A stretch of DNA of 64,000 bases from Candidatus Eiseniibacteriota bacterium (GTDB lineage: Bacteria; Eisenbacteria; RBG-16-71-46; CAIMUX01; VGJL01). Each line of letters opens with the position of its first letter. Within the stretch, counting starts at the first letter, position 1. Positions 41,803 to 52,189 of the stretch are shown here, one piece after another. Location: assembly GCA_963792585.1 (NCBI GenBank), contig CAWBWI010000002.1:346160-410159 (forward strand), in the 5' to 3' direction. The translations under genes and the position numbers were made by a program. The notes under the pieces were generated by a model. It was not told where the DNA came from, did no database searches, and worked only from the letters and a program-made list of their open reading frames with translations.

Positions 41803-42055
41803 TGCGGCGCGCCGCCATGATGCGAAGGCGCTGCCACGATGCGGTCCTTACTATCCAACCTGCTCGTCACCTCGGCCCTCCTCCGCATCTCGCGGGTGCA
41901 CGATCATGGCCGTCAGATGTTACCGAGTCGTAGTATGACCAAGTGCGACAGGCGAGACAAGCATAGCTGCAACTCGTGCCGTGAGCGACGTGGCGGCCGG
42001 AACCGCCGATAGCCCGGCATTGTCCTCTGACGCGGATCCCCCTCCCAAGCCAGGC

Positions 42056-43837
42056 TCAAGCATCGCTCGGCGTCTTCTGTCTCACCCGAACTAGCAGGAA
42101 GAGGACATGAAGCACCCGATCCGCCAGGGTCGAGGTCATCTGATCGGCTCCAATCATACCATGCGCGATCTCATGCCGGACGTTCAGACCCCGCTGATCG
42201 GTCAAGAGGACCTTTGCGTACGCAACGAAGTCGGGGCCAAGGACTCTCTCAACTGCCGACTCCCGTAAGAGCTCATCGATATTCTTCAGGAACAACCCAC
42301 CGTGTCTTCCAGGCCTGTAGATGGTGTCGGTGCCAGCAACAAGAGTCCGAAGTCCGTGCTCGATCTGCGGCACAAGCAGATGGAGGCTCGTGATCCAATC
42401 GCCCTGACGGTGCGCCAGGAGCCCCAGGCGGATGACCGTCAAATGGGTCTCATCGAAGAGCGGGCACTCTCCAAATACTTGGAGGAGCGCAACAAGATCC
42501 ACTTCGTTCCAGAACCGATCCAAGACATGCCGGAGGAAGGGGCTCTCGAGAGCGATGTTGCGCCCCATCTGCAAGACTACGCGCCCCTTGAGATCTTCTG
42601 TGATTCCACCGATCGTCGCGACGGGTCGACCACCGTCGTCGAAGAGCATCGTCGGGAATAGGGACTGCAGGGGGAAGCGCTCCGAGAGCTCGAGCACCTG
42701 TCCTTCCAGAGTCGAGAGAGATGGCTGGAAGTAGACAGCGATGCGCGCGCACTGCTCCCCCACCGGTCGTTTCAGGATCGCATCGGCAACCTTGTCAAGA
42801 TCCTCAATCTTGATCTCGACATGACTCGTGATCCTGCGCATTCCCTCCGTGACGCTCTTCCCCAGGCCCTGGAGCAATGCGAGCACTCTATCAGCGGCGG
42901 CGGTTTGTCCAAAGTCGCGCAAGACCGCCTGAGTTCGGTTCAGCCACACCGTGCCGACGAGGGCGTCGGCTCGGGACGCCACAAGGCTATAGGCATCCGC
43001 AAAAACATTGAGGACTCGACGGACTTCTTCGTGTAGGCCCCTTCTCCGATAATACTGAGCCAACCGCAGGGCCACGCGCTCCATGGGGAAGGGGTCGGGA
43101 ACTGCAGCAGGATTCGCGTCATCGGTCGCCTGGCATCGCTCGGCTTCGAGTTTCAGCAGACTCTCCTGTCGAGCGATGACCGCCGACTCCTCGGCTGCGG
43201 AAAGATGGACCTGCTCAGCCGTTGGGAGGAGGAGATCGCAGGCGAGGCCGAGCTGGCCGGACGGCGCGCTATCCCGTTCGGATCCATCCAGGTCCAGGAT
43301 TGCAAACTTGAGCTGGGCAACGCGATCTTGATCATTAATCTGCAGAGCAACGTTAAGCGCCCGTCCCGCCTTCTCACCAGCCTCGTATTCCGATGGAGTG
43401 AACCTGGGGTCCAAAGCCTCGAGGTAGGCGTCGATTGCGGTCCGAGCCGCGGTAACGTCGGGCCTTAATCCCGGAGTGGTCTGGGCCAGGTCCCAGGCGA
43501 GATCTGCATACCTGGCACGCAGAACCGGATGCCGCACTACCCGGGATCGCTCCAGCCAGTAGGCGATGATCTCAGGCGTAACCTCCGCTCGGTCGGGGAA
43601 GGAATGCTCCTTGCCCTCGTTGTCGGCACCTGACATCAGGGACTGGTAGTAGGCACGCCCCGGATCTCCGAGCGGCGGGCGGAAGGCGAAGGCAATCAGC
43701 TCTGCTCGATCGGCGCCCTCGGCGGAGGGCCCAACGACCTCCCGGATGGAATCAAATGCCTTCGACTCATTGACTTGGATTGTAGGATCGTCGAGGGAGT
43801 CGAGCACACGGAGCAGTGCTTCCGACGGAGAATCCAT
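42056..43837 (-). CDS. DUF4209 (HEPN-like) domain protein
   Basis: LRARYADLAW, HLLVPQIEHGLR, GLNVRHEIAHG. Confidence 0.75.
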   Translation of the reverse strand: MDSPSEALLRVLDSLDDPTIQVNESKAFDSIREVVGPSAEGADRAELIAFAFRPPLGDPGRAYYQSLMSGADNEGKEHSFPDRAEVTPEIIAYWLERSRVVRHPVLRARYADLAWDLAQTTPGLRPDVTAARTAIDAYLEALDPRFTPSEYEAGEKAGRALNVALQINDQDRVAQLKFAILDLDGSERDSAPSGQLGLACDLLLPTAEQVHLSAAEESAVIARQESLLKLEAERCQATDDANPAAVPDPFPMERVALRLAQYYRRRGLHEEVRRVLNVFADAYSLVASRADALVGTVWLNRTQAVLRDFGQTAAADRVLALLQGLGKSVTEGMRRITSHVEIKIEDLDKVADAILKRPVGEQCARIAVYFQPSLSTLEGQVLELSERFPLQSLFPTMLFDDGGRPVATIGGITEDLKGRVVLQMGRNIALESPFLRHVLDRFWNEVDLVALLQVFGECPLFDETHLTVIRLGLLAHRQGDWITSLHLLVPQIEHGLRTLVAGTDTIYRPGRHGGLFLKNIDELLRESAVERVLGPDFVAYAKVLLTDQRGLNVRHEIAHGMIGADQMTSTLADRVLHVLFLLVRVRQKTPSDA

Positions 43838-43982
43838 CTTCGCGTCCTTTGCCTGGCGTTGGCCCTGGGGTCTGTCATCTCCTGCGGACGGGAAGGCCGC
43901 AGTCGCCCATCCCACACGCGTGGCCTCACATGTTGCCAGTGTCGATTATCGCCGAGGGCTTGGCCGGGGACAAGGGGGGCGC

Positions 43983-45845
43983 CTACCGCCAAGCGTTCAC
44001 CCAGTTCCTTCTGTGGGGACGCCGGAGCGGCTGTCTTGGTGCCGCCGGTTTCGGGGGACCCGCTCTCTCCGCCGTCCGCTCGGCCGCTCGCCTGACCAGC
44101 GCGGGCCAGGCCGGATTCAGGAGCTGCAAGGCGGCGAGCGCATAGACCCGGCAGTCCAACGCCTCGTTCCGGGGTCGCGTCTTGACCCACTCTCGGCGCG
44201 GGAATCCCTTGTGGTACCGGGTCATGATCTTTTCGGCCGCCAGCTGTGCGAAGTGTTCCTCGTCGAACTCCGGCCGGACCGGGAAGTGGCAGTAGCCGGG
44301 GCCCGGCTCGGTCAGCCGGAGGCGCGAGTAGATCAGCCCCTTCGCCTCGTCCACACCGACCAGGAACATCTCCACGGGGCGGCGGTTGCGTCCACTCCTA
44401 CGATGCATGGGTGAAGAGACGATGGGACGCCCGACACCCGCCATGCCCTTGATCGCGAAGATGCGTCTGGCCTGCCTCTGCCGGCAGAAATGATAGACGT
44501 TCTGGGTGTGGTGGCCCCCGGAGTCCACGCAGGCGGCGGAGACTCGCATCTTCTCGCCGGATTCGTGCGCGTAGGTCTGCTCGAAGAAGTCCGACAGCGC
44601 AATCCACACCGGCTGCTCCCCCGGGCTGCCCCACAGGACGCGATAGTCAATGGCCCAGCTCTCCTCGCCCGGTCCCCAACCTACAACCTCGAGTTCGATC
44701 CGATCGTCCTGGACGTCCACACCCGCGGTCAGGACGAGCGCGCCGGCAGGTACGTCAGCCGGGTACTTCTCCCGACGGGTGAAGAGCACGGACTCATCCA
44801 CCGTCTCGCCGAGTTCCTCCCAGGATTCACCAAGGACCGTATTCACCCAGGTCTTCAAGGCCTCCACCCCCTCTCTCTTGGCCTTGATGAAGTCCGCGGC
44901 CGCCTGGGTCCACGAGTACCACCCGGGCGGGCTGTAGAGGGCGGAGAGATGGAAGCCGACGACGCCCGGATCCCCCTTCGCGGTCGCCTCCCAACGTCCT
45001 AGCTCGAGCATGCGTCCCTTCTTGGCCTCCGGGATCTCTGCCTCGCATCCCTCACACACCATGACGGCCTTCGACGGCTCGTCCTTCGGCCATCGGATGT
45101 AGGCCCACCGGATCGGTTGGTAGAGGCCGCAGTGGGGACACGGCACGGTGAAGTACCGCTTGTCGCTTCGATCGAATGCGCGCTCGATGCGACTTGCGCC
45201 CTTGAGCTTCGGGGTGGAGACGATCAGCACCTTGCGGTTACTCGCAAACGTCGAGGTTCTCCGGATCGCAAGCTCGACGGGGTCCCCCTCGCCATCCACG
45301 TCGGTTTCGTAGGCGTCGACCTCATCGAGGAAGAGATACCGGGCCGGCATAGAGCGCAGACCCACGGCGCTGTTCGCTCCGGTGAGGACGAGAATGCCGC
45401 CCGGGAATTCCTTGGACATGATTGTGTTGCCGCTGTCCCGGCTGCGGGGTTCCTTCACCCGCTCGCTCAGAGCGGGGCAGGCCTCGATCATCGGGTCGAT
45501 CCGCTGCCTCGAGGTTCGCTTGGCCATCTCGACCGTCGGCTGCACATAGAGCATCGGGCCCGGCGCGTGGTGGATCACATACCCCAGGAAGTTGTTTCCG
45601 CACTCCGTTCCGCCGACTTGGGAGCCCTTCATCAGGACGACGAACTCCGCCTCCGACGACGGGCTCAAGCAGTCCATCACCTCTCGCAGGTACGGGGTCC
45701 GATCGGTCCGGTACGGGCCCGGCTCGACACTCGCCTGCTGGGAGAGCATGCGGAAGGAGTCGGCCCATTCGGAGACCGTGAGTTGAGGCTCCGGCTCGAA
45801 TCCGGCGGCCCATGCCTCAGCGCAGATGCGGACCGGATCACTCAT
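43983..45845 (-). CDS. Phage terminase large subunit, GpA (lambda) family
   Basis: TVSEWAD, RTPYLREVMD, KGSQVGGTE, LFLDEVDAY, STP, VPCPHC, GVDVQDDR, DSGGH, RNEALDC. Confidence 0.95.
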   Translation of the reverse strand: MSDPVRICAEAWAAGFEPEPQLTVSEWADSFRMLSQQASVEPGPYRTDRTPYLREVMDCLSPSSEAEFVVLMKGSQVGGTECGNNFLGYVIHHAPGPMLYVQPTVEMAKRTSRQRIDPMIEACPALSERVKEPRSRDSGNTIMSKEFPGGILVLTGANSAVGLRSMPARYLFLDEVDAYETDVDGEGDPVELAIRRTSTFASNRKVLIVSTPKLKGASRIERAFDRSDKRYFTVPCPHCGLYQPIRWAYIRWPKDEPSKAVMVCEGCEAEIPEAKKGRMLELGRWEATAKGDPGVVGFHLSALYSPPGWYSWTQAAADFIKAKREGVEALKTWVNTVLGESWEELGETVDESVLFTRREKYPADVPAGALVLTAGVDVQDDRIELEVVGWGPGEESWAIDYRVLWGSPGEQPVWIALSDFFEQTYAHESGEKMRVSAACVDSGGHHTQNVYHFCRQRQARRIFAIKGMAGVGRPIVSSPMHRRSGRNRRPVEMFLVGVDEAKGLIYSRLRLTEPGPGYCHFPVRPEFDEEHFAQLAAEKIMTRYHKGFPRREWVKTRPRNEALDCRVYALAALQLLNPAWPALVRRAAERTAERAGPPKPAAPRQPLRRPHRRNWVNAWR

Positions 45846-46350
45846 CGCCGAGTGCCTCCAGGGCCTTTCGGATCTCCAGGTCCAAGATCCGGCGGATCAC
45901 CCGGGCATCCGCCTCGGCTGCCAGCTGCGCGCCCACCCGGCCCGGAATCGCGAGCATCCGGTCTCGGACCTGACGGGCCTTCCTGAAGATCTCGATCTTG
46001 ATCTGGTCCACGCTGACCAAGTTTCCGTTCTTCTCCTCGAACTCGAGACGGGCAAGACGCGCCGCGAACAGCTCCCGGAAGGCTCGAGCCTCCGCATAGT
46101 CGACGCCCGATGACCGACCCGATGGCCGCTCGTCGTGGAACGCCTCCGTCGCCGCTCGGCGGGACGGACTCGTCTGGCGCTCCCACGACGCGTCCGCTTC
46201 CGCGGGATCGATCTTGCCGTGCGTGTTCTTCCGGATGCGCCCGGACTTCAGGGCCTTCTGGACTGCCAGGGGCGTGTGGCCCATCAATCCATGGAGGCGC
46301 CGATGCTCCGCGTAGGCGCGAATGCTGAGCCCTTTCGTGGGGTCCTTCAT
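45838..46350 (-). CDS. Terminase small-subunit-like protein, copy 2
   Basis: LSIRAYAEHR, GKIDPAEAD, YAEARAFRE, RDRMLAIPGRV; overlaps the terminase large subunit start. Confidence 0.78.
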   Translation of the reverse strand: MKDPTKGLSIRAYAEHRRLHGLMGHTPLAVQKALKSGRIRKNTHGKIDPAEADASWERQTSPSRRAATEAFHDERPSGRSSGVDYAEARAFRELFAARLARLEFEEKNGNLVSVDQIKIEIFRKARQVRDRMLAIPGRVGAQLAAEADARVIRRILDLEIRKALEALGDE

Positions 46351-46685
46351 GCGACCTCCCAATGCCGAGCGGTTGACCGGCGATACCAACGCCCTAACTG
46401 GCGACGTGCTGCGGAGTTGGCTTTCCGCGTGGTCGACGCATGTTTCGCCAGACGATCGCCCCCGTAACCATTGACACAACATAGCGTTACGAGATCGATG
46501 CATTCCCGCGCGCACTTCCGACCGTTTACGCACCCATCCGGGGACCCGATAACGCCATAAGCCCCAATGTGTTGCCACCTTGGGGCACTGCATTTTCCCG
46601 GTCGATTCCCCTTCACTCGGGCGCCCAGAAGCTCGTTCATGGGGATGTCGCGGGCGATAGGGCCCGCGCGAAACGGGAGACGACG

Positions 46686-46919
46686 ATGAACCAGAACACC
46701 ACCACCGACCCGAAGGCGATCCGCAAGGCCTACCGGGCATCCATGATGCTGGTGAAGGCCGCCGCCCTCTTGAGGGAAGCCGCAGAGGGATCGACCTGGG
46801 CGCAGGGTAAGGGCGACTTTCTTCGCTACGCCGTCGCGATCGATGAGTTGATCTCCTGCGACAACGGCGAAGGTGGACTCGCGGCCGCGATCACGTTCCT
46901 CTCGAACCGAAGCCGGTAA
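46686..46919 (+). CDS. Small hypothetical protein
   Basis: GGGAGA RBS before MNQNTTT; first of four co-oriented small ORFs. Confidence 0.55.
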   Translation: MNQNTTTDPKAIRKAYRASMMLVKAAALLREAAEGSTWAQGKGDFLRYAVAIDELISCDNGEGGLAAAITFLSNRSR

Positions 46920-46925
46920 CCAACC

Positions 46926-47153
46926 ATGAAGACCATCCCGACTTACCAAGAGACGATCCGCCAGATCCTCGATCGGAAGCAGATCACAGGAATCGAACCC
47001 GCCCACGTCGAGGCGTTCATGCGTGTCTACGTGGGGACGTTGGACGGACTGGATCGGAGGCAGTTCACGCGCCTCGCGATGGATGCCGTCGAAGAGATCC
47101 GTGGATGCGAACCCGAGATCGTGGCGCGCGTGGCTGCGTCCTACGGTCTGTAA
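46926..47153 (+). CDS. Small hypothetical protein
   Basis: Tightly packed in the small-ORF run. Confidence 0.55.
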   Translation: MKTIPTYQETIRQILDRKQITGIEPAHVEAFMRVYVGTLDGLDRRQFTRLAMDAVEEIRGCEPEIVARVAASYGL

Positions 47154-47165
47154 AGGAGGAAAGAG

Positions 47166-47588
47166 ATGAAGCAACGAATCGCCCGACGCAACTCGATCGC
47201 CAACCGGGAGAACGTCTCGGCGCAATCCCGCGAGGTCCGGCGCATCGAGATCACGCGAGAGCAGGTCAGTGAGCTCCTGCGGGACCACCCCGAGGCCCGC
47301 GACGATGCTCGGACCTGGGTACTGTCCGATGCCATCGCTCAGTACGAGGCCTACACCGAGAAGCTCGAGTGGCTCACCCGCAACCTCACCGACGAGGTTC
47401 GCAAGAACCAGATCGTCGGCATGCCCAGCGTCTACGACACAATCATGAGCACTTCCCTGATCCGCGATATCGCCGAGCACGCCTCGAAGTTCACCGCACT
47501 GAAGCGAGTACTCCAGACCACGTGCAGGCGAGTAGACGACCCCACGGCGACGGCCGTCGATACGTTGATCCGTACCCTGAACCCCTAA
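47166..47588 (+). CDS. Hypothetical protein
   Basis: AAAGGAGG RBS. Confidence 0.6.
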   Translation: MKQRIARRNSIANRENVSAQSREVRRIEITREQVSELLRDHPEARDDARTWVLSDAIAQYEAYTEKLEWLTRNLTDEVRKNQIVGMPSVYDTIMSTSLIRDIAEHASKFTALKRVLQTTCRRVDDPTATAVDTLIRTLNP

Positions 47589-47627
47589 CCGGCCGGGCAA
47601 AGACCCAGGCCAGAAGGAGAGCCAACC

Positions 47628-48074
47628 ATGTCCACGAAGAAGGCAAGCCAGGCCCCCAGCAAGAAGAGCGGCAAGGAGAAGCATGAGACGCCGACGACGG
47701 GTCGTGTGCATACGATCGCCAAGGCGAGAACGAGGCCCGCCACCCGATCGCCGAAGGAGGCCCCGGTCGCAGTGATCGTCTCCCCCGAGGAATCGCTCGA
47801 GACAGCAGAGGCCGCCACCAAGACTCCGGATACGGCTAGCCAACCTGCGAGGGGCGCTACGCCCGCGCCGTCGGACGGGTCGCCGGAACTCTGCGTGTTC
47901 GCCTTCCGGCTGACGCAGGCTGAGCGAGACGAGATTCACAAGGCCGCGGGACCGGGCAAGGCCTCCAGCTTCGTCAAAGCCGTGGCTCTCGCGGTCGCTC
48001 GCCTGGATGACAAGGCCATTCAAGAGGCCACCGACGAGGTCGCGGGGCGCGTCAACGCAGCCCACTGCAAGTAG
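47628..48074 (+). CDS. Hypothetical protein, possible ribbon-helix-helix DNA-binding C-terminus
   Basis: AAGGAG RBS; LCVFAFRLTQAERDEIHKAAG...SSFVK. Confidence 0.55.
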   Translation: MSTKKASQAPSKKSGKEKHETPTTGRVHTIAKARTRPATRSPKEAPVAVIVSPEESLETAEAATKTPDTASQPARGATPAPSDGSPELCVFAFRLTQAERDEIHKAAGPGKASSFVKAVALAVARLDDKAIQEATDEVAGRVNAAHCK

Positions 48075-48146
48075 ACAGGGCCTCACCCCCGACGAGCAGC
48101 CCGACGCGCAGGCAGCGGGTCTCGTCGCTCCTGGAGACATCACCAC

Positions 48147-49685
48147 CTACGCCTCCAACCTCGCCTTCTGGCCCGTGAAAACCTCGAATCGCTGGACGAT
48201 CACGTCGCAGTAGGCGGGTCGATCTCCATCAGGAACGCCGCCGCCCGGTCTGCTCCGCACCGATCAGCGTCGATCCGCTGCCGCCGAACAGGTCGAGGAC
48301 GTTCTCGCCAGGACGACTGAGTAGGTCATCGCACGCACGGCGAGCTCGACAGGCTTCTCGGTCAGGTGCACCATGCTCTGCGGGTTGATCTTCTTGACCG
48401 CCCACACGTCGGTGGCGTTGTTGGATCTCAGGTGTGAAGTAGTGCGCGGCGCCTTCCTTCCAGCCGTAGAAACACCACTCGTGGTTGCCCATGAAGTCCT
48501 TCCGGGTGAGCACCGGATGCTCCTTGACCCAGATGATCGCCTGGGAGAAGTAGAGGCTGCTGGCCTTGAGCGCCGGCGGGTAGTTCGCGCAGTTTGCGTA
48601 GCCGCCCCAGATGTAGAACGAGCGCCCGGGCTCGAGGACGCGCGCCATGTTCCCGAACCACGCGAGGAGCATCCGCTCGAAGTCCTCGTCGGTGACGAAG
48701 TCGTTCTCGAGCGGCCGATCCTTCGGGCGCATCTTGCCGGGTGTTGGGGACCGCGGCACCTGGTCGCCGCGCGAGGTCGAGCGCCTGGTGGTGGAGCATC
48801 TTCTGCTCGCCGAACGAGCGACAGACCGGCGGCGATCGCGTTGTTGGACCGCGGCTCGACCTTCACGTTGTAGGGCGGATCGGTGTTCACGAGGTGGATC
48901 GGGGCGCCGGCGAGCAGCCGGTCGACGTCCTCGGGCTTCGATGAGTCACCGCAGAGCAACCGGTGCTCGCCGAGGATCCACAGGTCGCCCGGGCGGGTCT
49001 TCGGATCGTCGGGCGGCAGGGGGACGCTATCCGGATCCACCTCGCCCGCGATCCCGTGAATCCCTGCGCCGAGGAATCCCTCGAGCTCCTCATCACTGAA
49101 CCCCAGGACCCTCAGGGAGAAGTCGTCGTCATAGAGCGCGCGAAGCTCCTCGGCGAGCAGGGCCTTATCCCAGGTCGCCCGCTCGGCCAGGCGATTGTCC
49201 GCGATGACGTATGCACGACGCTGCGCCGGCGTGAGGTGGTCCAGGACCAGGACGGGCACCATGGTCAGCTCCAGCTCGCGCGCGGCGAGGAGACGGCCGT
49301 GGCCGGCAATGATCCCCGCATCCGTCGCGACCAGGACCGGGTTCACGAACCCGAACTCGATGATGGACGCGGCGATCTCGGTCACCTGGTCCCGCGAGTG
49401 CATCCGGGGATTCCGCTCGTACGGCCGGAGCTTCTCGATCGGCCAGAGCTGGATGGAGCGATCGGACGGGCCCTTGGGGATGCCCGATCTCTGCGACTCC
49501 ACGGGGGCACCCACGCTCGCGTCCGCGGGGTGACCCGCATCTGTGTTACCCGCGGCCTCGGAATCGATCGACACCGGCGCGCCTGGACGTTGCTCGTGCG
49601 GACGCGCGGGGCCTGCCCGACGCGGCTTTGCGGACGTCTTGGCGGTGGTGGATCGGGAATGCTTGCGTGTCTCTGTGTTACTCAT
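48147..49685 (-). CDS. ParB N-terminal domain + DNA methyltransferase, frameshifted in the 3' half (probably indel errors)
   Basis: PYERNPR, EFGFVNPV, IIAGHGR, IADNR, HRLLCGDS, TDPPYNV, HLTEKP, VLDLFGGSGSTL, MEIDPPYCDVI. Confidence 0.88.
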
Positions 49686-50099
49686 TGGATCTCCTATCGG
49701 TAGAGGGATTCGGCGCCTGCGCGCGACCCGCTAGAAAAGGCCCCGGAAGTACCTACGCGTCCTGGCGCTGCCAAGGCGCGATACCGATGGCAGGTCGAAT
49801 GTGCAGGGGTACAGAGTGGACGGACTCCGAGTTGGATGCCCTTGAGGCTCCACGGCGGGCCTGTCGCGTAGCGTGGATGAAGCTTCACAACCGACCTCCG
49901 AGCGAAGAACCGGAACCCTCACGCGTCAAGTCATGCGTGGGGATCCCAGCTAATGGGATCGCCCGAAAGTCACGTCGCTTGCTACAGGAGCAGTCTCCTA
50001 CTTTCGTGGATCCCGGTCAACGGGGTGTCGATCCCTCGGACCAGACATGAGCTAGCGGTTGCGATAGACTATCTGCGGATTGGGTGGGGGACTCGACTC

Positions 50100-52058
50100 A
50101 TGAATCGCTACAAGGACATGCTCGATTCGGCTGCCAAGAAGATCGCCGACCAGTCCGGAGTCGATATTGCGAGGACGCGCAGTATCCTCGGACGCTGTCT
50201 CCGTACATACGAAGGGCGCGTGATCTCCGAGGAGGCAGAGTACGATCCTGAGGAGAGCAAGAGCATCTTGTTCTTCACTGAGCTGATGTTGGCAGGCCGG
50301 TACTTGGGCACCGAGAAGACGCTGGATCTGTTTGAACAGGCTGATCTCGATGACCTCGTCCGAAAGCAGATCTTTGCCATCCACTGGTCGCGCCGCGACC
50401 CCTTCCTGTACACGCCGGGAGATCTGGCTGAACGCTGGACCGCGGTCCATAGCCTTCTTGTTCGCAATCGCGAACATCTCTTGAAGACGGGCTATCCGCA
50501 GCTCATCGCGATTGGCGAATCAAACCTGGAGGCCAGTCCCAAGTGGTGGGGGCTCATGCGTCTCTATCCGACAAAGGCCCCCAAGGCGACGTCCACCTCT
50601 GCTGATGATCACGGTAACATCTGCTGCTGTTATACGTGGTGTGACGATTGCAACCCCGCGCATGATGCCTATGAGACTGCCCCCAGGTTCACTTGGCTGC
50701 CCGAAGAAGGCGCCGTCTTCCTCAAGGCGATGCGTCCAAGAGTCCTTCGTCTTGGCACCGCAGTTGCCCAGATTATGAAGGAGGCTGTTCTCTTACCGAC
50801 GAAGGTATCCCTTTGGGAAGTGTGCCGAGAAGCATTCCTCGATGACGATGTGCCTGCAGCGGAACGTCTCACAGCGGATGAAGTCGATCTTCTACTCAGA
50901 GTCGACGCGGTCTATGCACTGAGAGAGCCAGAAATGCGCAATGCGGATCCTCTGGACGAGCCGACAATCTTCGATTGTTTCCATCAGATTCTGCTCATGA
51001 TAGGTCTCAGCGACTGGGTCCGTACGAGTGAGCAACCTCGGGCCATTCGGGAGACCTTGGAACGAGGTGGGCTCATAGAGAAGACCCCGATGGCAACGCC
51101 CCTCATTCGTGTTCGATCGTACTACCCGATTGTTGGGACACCAGCCCAGGAAGCCTTTGATGAGGCGGTTGCCATCTTCGAGTCTGCTCCGATGGCATGC
51201 GAGCAATTTCGCGACGATCACATGAAGCGAGTCAATGACTTCCTAGGGAAAGAAGTGCCCGTTCGAGTCGGGGCGTGGATGCTGGCGCCCCCGCAGCATG
51301 CCGTTGTGACCCGGGCGATTCTCGAAAGTGTTTGCGAGGGCCAGGCCACCAGCTTGAAGCTGTTTGATCACCCCGCGCCAACAAGGGTGGTCTTTGGAGA
51401 TCGAGCAGGCGACGAGGAGTCCGCTCGTGAGGACTCTGCAGTCACTGCTGGGCGCGCCGCCTTCGTCAGGAAGCTCGAGGGCAGCTGGGAGATCGTGTTC
51501 GAAGGCAAGGCGATTCACCCCCGCGATTCACTTGGCCTCCGCTATCTCGCAGAACTACTACGCAGACCCTACAAGCTGATAGAGGTGGCCGAACTTAGCG
51601 CCGCGATCCGAGGCCAACCTGTGAATGATGACGCGGGGATGAATAGCGGTGATGTGCCGTGCGAGGATTCGAGACCCCGCGAACACGGGGATTTCGATGT
51701 GGAGGAGATCGCTGATCGCAAGACCATTGAGGACATCAAGCGCAGAATCAAAGAACTCGGCGAACAAAGTGAGAGGGCAGAGCGGTTGGGAGAGCTTGAC
51801 CGCGCCCAGGCTCTTGACTGCGAGAGGGGTAAGCTCGAGGCATACCTGACATCTGCGAGCGGTCTTGGTGGACGCCAGCGTCGCTTTTCGACGCGGGACG
51901 AGAAGGTCCGCAAGTCCGTCACAGCTGCCATCAACTCTGCAAAGAAGAAGATTCGAGAATCCCATCCTGTACTGGGGGAACACCTAGATGTTTCTGTAAG
52001 GACAGGCACGATATGTAGTTACGAGCCACGTGCCCATGTCCCCTGGGAGGTCTCGTGA
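50100..52058 (+). CDS. Large hypothetical protein with regulator-like C-terminal domain
   Basis: GLRYLAELLRRP...EKVRKSVTAAI...HPVLGEHL...RTGTICSY resembles the C-terminus of AAA/transcriptional regulators; Cys cluster CCCYTWCDDC. Confidence 0.55.
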   Translation: MNRYKDMLDSAAKKIADQSGVDIARTRSILGRCLRTYEGRVISEEAEYDPEESKSILFFTELMLAGRYLGTEKTLDLFEQADLDDLVRKQIFAIHWSRRDPFLYTPGDLAERWTAVHSLLVRNREHLLKTGYPQLIAIGESNLEASPKWWGLMRLYPTKAPKATSTSADDHGNICCCYTWCDDCNPAHDAYETAPRFTWLPEEGAVFLKAMRPRVLRLGTAVAQIMKEAVLLPTKVSLWEVCREAFLDDDVPAAERLTADEVDLLLRVDAVYALREPEMRNADPLDEPTIFDCFHQILLMIGLSDWVRTSEQPRAIRETLERGGLIEKTPMATPLIRVRSYYPIVGTPAQEAFDEAVAIFESAPMACEQFRDDHMKRVNDFLGKEVPVRVGAWMLAPPQHAVVTRAILESVCEGQATSLKLFDHPAPTRVVFGDRAGDEESAREDSAVTAGRAAFVRKLEGSWEIVFEGKAIHPRDSLGLRYLAELLRRPYKLIEVAELSAAIRGQPVNDDAGMNSGDVPCEDSRPREHGDFDVEEIADRKTIEDIKRRIKELGEQSERAERLGELDRAQALDCERGKLEAYLTSASGLGGRQRRFSTRDEKVRKSVTAAINSAKKKIRESHPVLGEHLDVSVRTGTICSYEPRAHVPWEVS

Positions 52059-52189
52059 CCTCCCAAGCCCAGCCGCTAGACGAAACCTAGCGTCGCCAAG
52101 TCAAAAGTAGCGCCAGCCCCTCAGGAGAGCAGTGAACCCGGTCCGCCCGAGACCGGGGGTCAAGACTCGCTTCTGAGGAGGACGCGCTC

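Noticed and set aside
48147..48830. ParB-methylase as separate genes or a pseudogene
   Set aside because: Motifs continue across frames without decay; likely indel errors
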